Below, one piece after another: positions 9,207-16,556 of a stretch of DNA of 33,481 bases. Each line of letters begins with the position of its first letter. Position 1 is the first letter of the stretch. The DNA comes from Eubacteriales bacterium. Lineage in GTDB: Bacteria; Bacillota; Clostridia; Oscillospirales; CAG-272. The position numbers and the translations under genes are program-made. Below the pieces are notes generated by a model. The model searched no databases, was not told the DNA's origin, and saw only the letters and a list, made by a program, of their open reading frames with translations. Where the stretch lies: NCBI GenBank assembly GCA_045656925.1, contig JAZOSC010000030.1, forward strand, positions 1 to 33,481, read 5' to 3'.

Positions 9207-9597
9207 CAAAAAGCCACCGCGTAAGGGGGATGTTCTTAGCGGAGAATTTAAAAAACACCGCTAAGTGCGAGCATCGCATTTGACCGGTCAAACGCAGATT
9301 GAGCTAAGCCCAAACCCTTATAATAGCAGAAGAGAGAACAAATCGGTTCATAGCCGAAATGCTCTCTCTTTTTCTGTTGGTTTTTAGTTTAGAGTTATGA
9401 GGCTCGCTTTCGCTCACCGTTATGAATTTGCTATGCAAATGTTATGATATGATTGCCATACTAACTATAACTTGGCGAAGCCAATCATAACAATGCGAAG
9501 CATTTTATAACTCATAACTTGCCCGCACGGGCAATCATAGTTAAGCGTGAATACTCCGTTAAGAGTATCACGCTTATCGGTGGCTTTTGTGTTATGA
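9203..9597. repeat. Non-coding element with ~60 bp imperfect terminal inverted repeats, phased GTTATGA/TCATAAC heptamers and multiple mini-hairpins (MITE-like or iteron-like)
   Basis: ATAACAAAAAGCCACCG (9203-9219) is inverted as CGGTGGCTTTTGTGTTAT (9578-9595). TCTTAGCGGAGAATT (9234-9248) matches the reverse complement of 9550-9564 at 13/15. Six exact heptamer copies are present. There is no ORF of 60 aa or more. Confidence 0.6.
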
Positions 9598-9607
9598 TTT
9601 TTTATGA

Positions 9608-10315
9608 TTATTTCATCAGCAGCCATTCCTGAAGCGACTTGGCATCCTTTAAAAGCTCCTCCGTGCGTGCAAACACCAAGGGAGCAAGCTCACCCAGCTT
9701 TTTCTGCATCTTTGAAAAGCGCTTATAATCACGGGGCTTATCGCCATGCAGATCACTGCCCAGTGCCACAACACGGCCTTCCCTCATATAAGTGCGGAGC
9801 GCACCCGTACGCTTGAAAGGGCGAAAGGCATCGGCATTGACCTGGGCGAGGGCATCTGTTTTGGCAAGCAATCTTGCCACCTCGGCAGAGGGATAACGAT
9901 CGATATGCGCCAAAACGGGAATCAGACCGCGTGCAGCCACACCGCGCACTGTATCAATCAGGTCATCGGACCAAGCCGTATACGGCATTTCCAGAAGAAT
10001 CACCCGTGTGCCTGCAACAGTCAGCCTTTCAAGCTCCGGCATCTCATGAATACCGACGCAGACAAGCACCTCGGCACCGGGATAAACGGTAGGAAGCTCA
10101 TCCAGGGGAAGCTTGCGCTGCATGGCACAAAGCGCCCCCTCTCTGCGGTCAATAAAGGAATCCACGCTATCATGGTTGGGATAAAAATGCGGTGTGGCAA
10201 CAACGGCATCGGTGCCTGCCCTTTTCATGAGTAAAAGCTGCTGCTGCGACATGGCTGAATTCGAACAACCGTGATCGGTCCGCGGCAGAATATGGGCGTG
10301 AAAATCGATACGCAT
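9608..10315 (-). CDS. CpsB/YwqE-like PHP-fold protein-tyrosine phosphatase
   Basis: MRIDFHAHILPRTDHG..VVATPHFYPN..LAHIDRY..LGSDLHG matches the metal-ligand pattern of CpsB/CapC phosphatases. The ATG at 10315 lies 7 nt after GGAGG. Confidence 0.75.
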   Translation of the reverse strand: MRIDFHAHILPRTDHGCSNSAMSQQQLLLMKRAGTDAVVATPHFYPNHDSVDSFIDRREGALCAMQRKLPLDELPTVYPGAEVLVCVGIHEMPELERLTVAGTRVILLEMPYTAWSDDLIDTVRGVAARGLIPVLAHIDRYPSAEVARLLAKTDALAQVNADAFRPFKRTGALRTYMREGRVVALGSDLHGDKPRDYKRFSKMQKKLGELAPLVFARTEELLKDAKSLQEWLLMK

Positions 10316-10520
10316 CACACCACCTCCTTTTTTATTATTTTAACACGCACGGAGAATTTTGTCAACCGGAAGGCGGATATTCCTCGGGGCGGGCTTTCTC
10401 TGTCAGGGGGCGGATAAATTTTAAAAACATATGGAAATCAACAGACAAATATGCTATACTGTAATCAGAAAATGCCACAGGTCATGGGAGCACCTATCCT
10501 GCGGCGGCAAGGAGGACGAT

Positions 10521-12821
10521 ATGGAATACAAGGAAAAGCTCCGTGCATTTGAGGCACCTGCCAGTGAGTTTCGTCCAATGTATTATTTTGACTTTCCCCC
10601 AATTGACGATGCCTCGCGCACCGAAAAAATCAAGGCAACGGTTGACACCTGCCTGCGCGCAGGCTGCGGCACACTGATTCCGCGCCTTTCACAAGGTACC
10701 AGGCTACCGGACATGGCCGCACTCGACGTGCTGCGCGACATGTATACCACACTGCTTGCCGCCGCACGCGAGGCGGATCTGAAGGTAGGCTTTTTTCTCG
10801 ACCGCGTCTTTGAGGAAACCGTCATCGGCATGATGGACTATATCGGCGAAACGGCGTTGCACGCACGCACACTGGAATGCAAGGAATACTATTGCCGTAC
10901 GGGCGAAGCACTTGACCGCCGCTTGCACGAGGACGCGCTCCTTTCCCTCGTCGCCTATTCCGAGGCCTATGGCGAGGTGATTGATCTGCGTCCCTTTGTA
11001 AAGGATGGCAGACTGCTCTTTACAGTGCCGCAGGGCAATTGGATGGTGCGTGAATATTATACGCCCACGGAGCCGGATTGCCGCCGAACGAACTATCTTT
11101 CTTACGAAGCCTCATACACCTACATCCGTACCGTGTTCGGCCTGTTTGCCGAGGTCTTTGCACCCTTTTTGGGCACTACACTAACCACGCTTGCCTATGC
11201 GGAAATCGGCTTTCACGGCATGAATCGCCGCGATTGGGACGCAAGCTTTAACAAAATTTTCATCGGACGCTACGGCTTTGACCCTGCCCCCTACTACCCC
11301 GCCCTATTTGGCTATATGGGCAAGGATACCCTCCATTACCGCACCATGATGATGACGGTGCGTGCCTCCATGCTGGAGCATGGTGTGCTGCGCGCGCTGA
11401 AGGACTTTGCCACCGTATCGGGACTTTCACTCTTTGGCACACTGACCGAGCCGAAGCTGACAGCCTGCTCCTTTACCGTAGGCGATGCGATGCTTGCAAG
11501 CATTCACGCACCCACGGCACTCTTTGACAAGGCCTATCTGTACGGTACCAACTCGGTCAAGATTATGGCCGGTACTGCCTACAATTTCGACCTTGCGCGT
11601 GTGGGCGGTGAATTTTTCCGCGATTATCTGCAATCTGACCGCGTCATCCTTTACAAGGATGCCATGAACGCCTTTGCAAGAGGTGTGAACGATGCGGCCT
11701 TCCATCTGCCCCATGCATTAACCGAAAACAGCGATTTCGGTGATTTTACCGCCCGTGTGCAGGCGATGCTGCGCGGCGGCAGACACGTCGCGGATATTGC
11801 ACTGCTCTATCCCATCTATGACCTGCACAGCCACGTCACCCTCTACGACTCCCCCACCGACAGCTTTGAGTACCCCGAAACCGCCATCTCCACCAACTAC
11901 ATGACGCTGATTAACGCCATTTCCTTTTATGCGGGACACGACCTCACCGTCCTGCACCCGACCGTCATGAGCGAGCGCTGTCACACCGACGGCGGCGTGC
12001 TTTACCTTGATAACAAGGAAAACCGCGAGCAATTCCGCATTGTCGTACTGCCCGCTGCCGAAATCATCAGCCTTGCAAATCTCCGCCTTTTGAAAAAATT
12101 TTACGACGAGGGCGGCAAGATTCTTGCCACGGGTGTACTGCCCACAATGGCCTTTGAATACGATAAGGACGGCAAGAACGATGCCGAGGTCTGCCGCCTG
12201 GCACGCGAAATTTTTGGTGAGGAGGCCACCGACAAGCGCGTGATGCGCCGCTACTGCCACAACAAAAACGAGGCGGGTGGAGAGGCGATTTTCCTCTACT
12301 TCAACGCCACCGCAGTTACGGGCATTCACATGGTAAAAAGCTCAACCATCAACAGTGCCTTGAATACCTTTTCTATTCCCTTTGATATTTATATCCCCGG
12401 TATGCAGCGCTTTGAGGGCACGGGCGCGCTCAACGCGATTTATCCTGAATTCCATACCGTTGGTCTTGACCGCTCCTTCCCGGACGGCGGCATGGTCAAC
12501 CACATTCACAAGGCAAGCGACGGGGGCGACGTTTTTTATTTCGCCAACACCTCCGACGTGGCCTATAACCACCACGTGCTCCTGCGTGGGGCACATACAG
12601 TCAGCGAATGTAATCCCCACACAGGTGCCGTTAGCAAGCCGAAAAGCAAGCTTATCTCCTATCTTGGCGAGGTTTATACCTATCTGCGTCTGAATTTGCC
12701 TGCACAGACATCGGTATTTTTCCTCACGACAGCGCGCGATACGATGGGAGAGGACATACAAACGGTTGATTCGATTACCCGTCTGGAAAGTGAGCACGCC
12801 AGTCTGATGAGTGAATTTTAA
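10521..12821 (+). CDS. Large cytoplasmic protein, glycoside-hydrolase-like (GH106-like or jelly-roll hydrolase-like), function unknown
   Basis: MEYKEKL start with an AGGAGG SD; the listed 10431 start adds 30 implausible residues. The N-terminal FRPMYYFDF block and C-terminal ..GGDVFYFANTS..HTV.ECNPHTGAV..LRLNLPAQTSVFF resemble that family from memory only. Confidence 0.4.
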   Translation: MEYKEKLRAFEAPASEFRPMYYFDFPPIDDASRTEKIKATVDTCLRAGCGTLIPRLSQGTRLPDMAALDVLRDMYTTLLAAAREADLKVGFFLDRVFEETVIGMMDYIGETALHARTLECKEYYCRTGEALDRRLHEDALLSLVAYSEAYGEVIDLRPFVKDGRLLFTVPQGNWMVREYYTPTEPDCRRTNYLSYEASYTYIRTVFGLFAEVFAPFLGTTLTTLAYAEIGFHGMNRRDWDASFNKIFIGRYGFDPAPYYPALFGYMGKDTLHYRTMMMTVRASMLEHGVLRALKDFATVSGLSLFGTLTEPKLTACSFTVGDAMLASIHAPTALFDKAYLYGTNSVKIMAGTAYNFDLARVGGEFFRDYLQSDRVILYKDAMNAFARGVNDAAFHLPHALTENSDFGDFTARVQAMLRGGRHVADIALLYPIYDLHSHVTLYDSPTDSFEYPETAISTNYMTLINAISFYAGHDLTVLHPTVMSERCHTDGGVLYLDNKENREQFRIVVLPAAEIISLANLRLLKKFYDEGGKILATGVLPTMAFEYDKDGKNDAEVCRLAREIFGEEATDKRVMRRYCHNKNEAGGEAIFLYFNATAVTGIHMVKSSTINSALNTFSIPFDIYIPGMQRFEGTGALNAIYPEFHTVGLDRSFPDGGMVNHIHKASDGGDVFYFANTSDVAYNHHVLLRGAHTVSECNPHTGAVSKPKSKLISYLGEVYTYLRLNLPAQTSVFFLTTARDTMGEDIQTVDSITRLESEHASLMSEF

Positions 12822-12914
12822 CGGAAGAAGCTGCGATACCGGCAAGGCCATCTCCCCTGCCGTCCGCGGCGCACCGCAAAAAATCGCTGATTTTCTAAAG
12901 CACACCGCTACATC

Positions 12915-12943
12915 TTGCCAAAAACGAGGGAGTGTGCTATAAT
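12915..12943 (+). promoter_or_regulatory. Candidate sigma-A promoter of the HisJ-family gene
   Basis: TTGCCA, a 17 nt spacer, then TATAAT with a TGc extended -10. Confidence 0.6.
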
Positions 12944-12983
12944 CTAAAAGGTTTAAAGTACAGTATATCAGAGGTGAAGGCTT

Positions 12984-13808
12984 ATGGCATTTTCGGATTT
13001 TCACGTGCATACCACCTTTTCAGACGGCGACGGAACAGTTGATGCCTGTGTTGCGGCGGCGCGCAAAAGGGGGCTTCGTTCACTCGGTCTTTCCGACCAC
13101 AGCTATACCCCATTCGACCTATCCTACTGCATCCAAAGCAAGGCGTGCGAAAAAGAATATGCAAGAACCGTGCGCGAGGCACAGAAAAAGGCGCATGACG
13201 AGCACGGCTTTCCCGTTTACCTCGGCATTGAGCTTGACTATGGCTCTCCCAAAAGCGGCTACGAGGAATTTGATTACATCATAGGCTCGGTACATTATAT
13301 TTTCTGCGGTGACGAGATCTTCCCGATTGACAGCGGTCTTGACAAGCAGCAAGCAGGCATTGACAAATGCTTTGGCGGCAACCGGCTTGATTTTGCCAAG
13401 GCATACTTTACACAGGTTGTGGAACACGCAGAAAAAAACCGCCCCACCCTTATGGGACACCTTGACCTATTGACCAAATATAGCAGCATCGACGAGGAAA
13501 ACGAAACATACCGGCGCGTCGTCCACGAGGCAATTGCAGAAATTGTCAAGCACGTCAGCGTCTTTGAAATCAGTGCAGGACCGATGATTAGAGGCTTAAA
13601 AGCCATGCCCTACCCCAATCCGCAGTTTCTCTCGGTCATTCGGGCATACGGCGGCAAGGTCATGCTCTCCTCAGATGCACACACGCCCGGTAAAATCGCA
13701 GATTATTTCCCCATGCTGCTCCATCTTGTAAAAGCCGCAGGCTTTCAGAAAATTTCCCGCTTTGAGGGCGGCAAATTGGTTGAGGATGCTATTGATTCGC
13801 TGCTGTAA
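12984..13808 (+). CDS. Histidinol-phosphatase HisJ-family PHP-domain phosphoesterase
   Basis: FSDFHVHTTFSDGDG..LSDHSY..GIELDY..GSVHY..GHLDL..SSDAH matches the ordered PHP metal-binding motifs of HisJ-type enzymes. Confidence 0.75.
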   Translation: MAFSDFHVHTTFSDGDGTVDACVAAARKRGLRSLGLSDHSYTPFDLSYCIQSKACEKEYARTVREAQKKAHDEHGFPVYLGIELDYGSPKSGYEEFDYIIGSVHYIFCGDEIFPIDSGLDKQQAGIDKCFGGNRLDFAKAYFTQVVEHAEKNRPTLMGHLDLLTKYSSIDEENETYRRVVHEAIAEIVKHVSVFEISAGPMIRGLKAMPYPNPQFLSVIRAYGGKVMLSSDAHTPGKIADYFPMLLHLVKAAGFQKISRFEGGKLVEDAIDSLL

Positions 13809-13816
13809 GACAAAAG

Positions 13817-13851
13817 AAAACGCGCAAGCCGTATGGCTTGCGCGTTTTCTT
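13817..13851. terminator. Bidirectional terminator (hisJ-like gene and KH-protein operon)
   Basis: AAAACGCGCAAGCC-GTAT-GGCTTGCGCGTTTTC. Confidence 0.85.
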
Positions 13852-13853
13852 CG

Positions 13854-14093
13854 TCAATCCTTGATATCGACGTTGACCTTCTTGCCTGCAGCACCCGCAG
13901 CCGCCTTCATGACAGAGCGAATTGCCTTGGCAATACGGCCGTGACGACCGATGACCATACCCATATCGTCAGCATGTACAGTCAGCGTCAGCGTGATTTC
14001 GTTGTTTTCCTCCTGCTCGGTCACCACCACATCATCGGGATGATCGACAATAGCGGCAGCGAGATCGATCAGGATCTCCTTGAGGCTCAACAT
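13854..14093 (-). CDS. KH-domain RNA-binding protein (YlqC/UPF0109)
   Basis: ..HADDMGMVIGRHGRIAKAIRSV.. (GxxG KH motif), in the conserved position after rpsP. Confidence 0.9.
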   Translation of the reverse strand: MLSLKEILIDLAAAIVDHPDDVVVTEQEENNEITLTLTVHADDMGMVIGRHGRIAKAIRSVMKAAAGAAGKKVNVDIKD

Positions 14094-14111
14094 TCTGCGC
14101 TCCCGCGTTTG

Positions 14112-14348
14112 TTAAGCAATCACGCCGGCCTTGGTCAGAAGGACCTTAACGGTTTCGGTAGGCTGTGCGCCGTTTGCCAGCCACTTCTTAGCAGCCTCTG
14201 CATCAACACCAAGCTCTTTGGACTTAGGGTTGTAGTGGCCGATTTCCTCGATGAAGCGACCGTCGCGAGGAGAGCGCTGGTCAGCAACAACGATGCGGTA
14301 GCAGGGGCTGTGAGTCTTGCCGGTACGGGTGAGTCTGATTTTAACCAT
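14112..14348 (-). CDS. rpsP: 30S ribosomal protein S16
   Basis: [41 protein letters not shown]. Confidence 0.97.
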   Translation of the reverse strand: MVKIRLTRTGKTHSPCYRIVVADQRSPRDGRFIEEIGHYNPKSKELGVDAEAAKKWLANGAQPTETVKVLLTKAGVIA

Positions 14349-14396
14349 GGTAAAAATCTCCTTTGTTTTTGTATATATTTTTATTGATAAGCTCCG

Positions 14397-15731
14397 TTAA
14401 AGCGGGAGTTTCATCTTGCCAAGGAGGCCGCGCTTGCCCCCGGGGGTGGACATTTGCTTCATCATCTTGCGGACAGTATCAAATTGCTTTAAAAGCTTAT
14501 TGACCTCCTCAACCGAGGTGCCGCTGCCCTTTGCAATACGCATCTTGCGCGAGGCGTTGATGATTTCGGGCTTTTCACGCTCACGCATCGTCATCGATTT
14601 GATAATCGCCTCGGTGCGTGCAAGCTGCTTTTCATCAATCTTGGCGTCCTTGAGCGCCCCCTTGTTCATACCGGGCATCATGCCAAGCAGGCTTTCAATA
14701 TTACCCATTTTTTTGATTTGAGCAAACTGTGCGAGGTAATCGTCGAGCGTAAAGGTTGCCGCACGGATTTTCTTTTCAAGTTCCGCCGCCTGCTTCTGGT
14801 CAAAGGCCTGCTCCGCCTTTTCAATCAAGGAAAGCACATCGCCCATGCCGAGAATACGGCTTGCCATGCGGTCAGGATAAAACGGCTCAATCGCATCAAG
14901 CTTTTCGCCAACACCGATAAACTTAATTGGCTTACCCGTCACGTGGCGGACAGAAAGTGCTGCACCACCGCGCGTATCACCATCAAGCTTGGTAAGAATC
15001 ACGCCCGTGACGTCAAGCTGCTCATTGAAATGCTCGGCAACCGTGACGGCATCCTGACCAATCATCGCATCGATGGTCAGCAGAATTTCCGTAGGGTTGA
15101 CTGCCTTGCGGATATCGCGCAGCTCTCCCATCAGGGCTTCATCGATATGCAGGCGTCCCGCGGTATCGATAAACACCATATCGTAGCCCTGCTTTTCAGC
15201 AAGCTTCAGGGCTTCCTTCGCAATCTTGACGGGCTTTTCCTTGTCGCCCGGCGCATAGACGGGAATATCAAGCTTTTCGCCGAGAATCTGCAGCTGCTTG
15301 ATGGCGGCAGGACGGTAAACGTCACACGCAACCAGCAAGGGGCGCTTGCCCTGCTTTTTATACATACCCGCAAGCTTGCCTGCGTGCGTGGTCTTACCTG
15401 CACCCTGCAGACCAACCATCATCACGACTGTGGGTGGCTTGGGCGAAATGGTCAGCTTGGCCTGCGAGGGACCCATCAGCTTGATAAGCTCCTCGTTGAC
15501 AATCTTGACAATCTGCTGTGCGGGGAGAAGGGATTCCATCACCTCAGTACCGACCGCACGCTCGGACACCATTTTGATAAAGTCCTTAACGACCTTAAAG
15601 TTTACATCCGCCTCAAGAAGCGCCAGCTTAATCTCGCGCATGCCTGCCTTGACGTCGGCCTCGGTAAGCTTACCCTTGTTGCGGAAAAATTTAAAGGCGT
15701 TATTCAATTTTTCGGTAAGATTCTGAAACAT
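14397..15731 (-). CDS. ffh: Signal recognition particle protein Ffh
   Basis: N, G and M domains are present: GLQGAGKTT, DTAGRL, TKLDGD, and a Met-rich M domain (LLGMMPGM). Confidence 0.97.
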   Translation of the reverse strand: MFQNLTEKLNNAFKFFRNKGKLTEADVKAGMREIKLALLEADVNFKVVKDFIKMVSERAVGTEVMESLLPAQQIVKIVNEELIKLMGPSQAKLTISPKPPTVVMMVGLQGAGKTTHAGKLAGMYKKQGKRPLLVACDVYRPAAIKQLQILGEKLDIPVYAPGDKEKPVKIAKEALKLAEKQGYDMVFIDTAGRLHIDEALMGELRDIRKAVNPTEILLTIDAMIGQDAVTVAEHFNEQLDVTGVILTKLDGDTRGGAALSVRHVTGKPIKFIGVGEKLDAIEPFYPDRMASRILGMGDVLSLIEKAEQAFDQKQAAELEKKIRAATFTLDDYLAQFAQIKKMGNIESLLGMMPGMNKGALKDAKIDEKQLARTEAIIKSMTMREREKPEIINASRKMRIAKGSGTSVEEVNKLLKQFDTVRKMMKQMSTPGGKRGLLGKMKLPL

Positions 15732-15768
15732 TTGACTGCCGCCTTTCCTTTTTATTTAGTATTGCCTG

Positions 15769-16113
15769 TCAGGTGCTCTGCCAACCGTCCTCGCCAAGAG
15801 CAGTTGCAACCAATCGCTCGGCCACACCGCGCGCCTCGCCTACAGCAAGCAGGGATAACAGCCGTTCTCCCATCTCACGCACGGCATTCCCGCGCGCCAC
15901 GAGATGAAGATTCTCCTCATAAAAATAAAGCTCGCGTTCGGCCTTTTTTATGCTGTCGCGCACCCCCTGACGGGAAATGCCGACGTCATCCGCAATCTCT
16001 CCCAAGGAGAGATCCTGATTGTAATAAAGGTCAAGCACGCGCTGCTGTCGCTCACTCAAAAGCGCTGCATAGGCATCTATCAGATAGGAAAGCTGCAGGT
16101 TCTTCTCAAACAT
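15769..16113 (-). CDS. ylxM: YlxM/UPF0122 putative DNA-binding protein upstream of ffh
   Basis: LSERQQRVLDLYYNQDLSLGEIADDVGISRQGVRDSIKKAE is a sigma-70 region-4-like HTH typical of YlxM. The real start is the Met at 16113 (GGGGGTG SD), not 16200. Confidence 0.85.
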   Translation of the reverse strand: MFEKNLQLSYLIDAYAALLSERQQRVLDLYYNQDLSLGEIADDVGISRQGVRDSIKKAERELYFYEENLHLVARGNAVREMGERLLSLLAVGEARGVAERLVATALGEDGWQST

Positions 16114-16147
16114 AGCAGCACCCCCTGTAAAGCAAAATACTTTACAG

Positions 16148-16176
16148 AGTATACCATACTTTTCCCCCCTTGTCAA
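16148..16176 (-). promoter_or_regulatory. Candidate sigma-A promoter of ylxM-ffh-rpsP
   Basis: On the - strand: TTGACA, a 17 nt spacer, then TATACT with a TGg extended -10. Confidence 0.65.
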
Positions 16177-16273
16177 GTGCTTTTTAAATTTTTTTCGCAA
16201 AACACCCCGATACCCCTATTCATAAGCAATTTATCAGGAACGCACGCGCCAACACTCCATTTTTCCAATCGCA

Positions 16274-16459
16274 TCATTCGTTTTCCCACCAAAAGCCGAG
16301 CGAAAGCAGCATCTCACGCGGATTATCGGCATCGCTCAACAGCGCAAGCGCTTCTACCGATACCGAATCGGCACAATAAAGGCATATTGTATGTCGGCCG
16401 TTTGCCAGATAAGCCTCTCCTGCCCGTTGCCTGCTGCCGCAGATGTAACAGCGCGCCAT
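16274..16459 (-). CDS. Small CxxC..CxxC zinc-ribbon-like hypothetical protein (61 aa)
   Basis: MARCYICGS..ICLYCAD has two CxxC pairs. The Met at 16459 is the preferred start. No family recognised. Confidence 0.45.
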   Translation of the reverse strand: MARCYICGSRQRAGEAYLANGRHTICLYCADSVSVEALALLSDADNPREMLLSLGFWWENE

Positions 16460-16475
16460 ATTTCCCCCCTTCCCC

Positions 16476-16504
16476 TTGACAAACAAGGTGCAATCTTTTA
16501 TAAT
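16476..16504 (+). promoter_or_regulatory. Consensus sigma-A promoter of the ABC-F gene
   Basis: TTGACA, a 17 nt spacer, then TATAAT, exact. The TTG of the -35 is what the ORF track used as a false start. Confidence 0.7.
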
Positions 16505-16556
16505 TCTATTATATTATAAAAATACACGGTTGTCGTTAACCGGGAAGGGGGAAAAT

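Noticed and set aside
9207-9607. CRISPR array, tmRNA, 6S RNA, RNase P RNA or SRP RNA in the long intergenic gap
   Set aside because: The repeats are 7-mers in both orientations with palindromic spacers, not 25-40 nt direct repeats. None of the conserved cores is present (tmRNA GGGG..UUCGA/CCA end, RNase P GGAAAGUCC-type core, SRP GGAA tetraloop helix).
10431-10520. 30-codon N-terminal extension of the 796-aa ORF, with similar extensions at 16476-16556, 20081-20191, 22114-22206, 24657-24844 and 30999-31133
   Set aside because: In each case an internal start has a proper SD. The extension covers promoter elements, a riboswitch or a neighbouring gene.
11718-13010. Two - strand ORFs (203 aa and 222 aa)
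   Set aside because: They are antisense to the 766-aa gene and run across the hisJ-like promoter. There are no coding signals.
14718-16115. 465-aa ORF on the + strand
   Set aside because: It lies entirely antisense to ffh and ylxM, has a low-complexity Arg/Leu/His-rich translation, no SD and no recognisable domain. This is the typical shadow ORF of GC-rich coding DNA.
13854-16200. SRP RNA or another ncRNA adjacent to ffh
   Set aside because: The intergenic spaces are only 18-48 nt, apart from the promoter region, leaving no room and no conserved SRP domain IV sequence.
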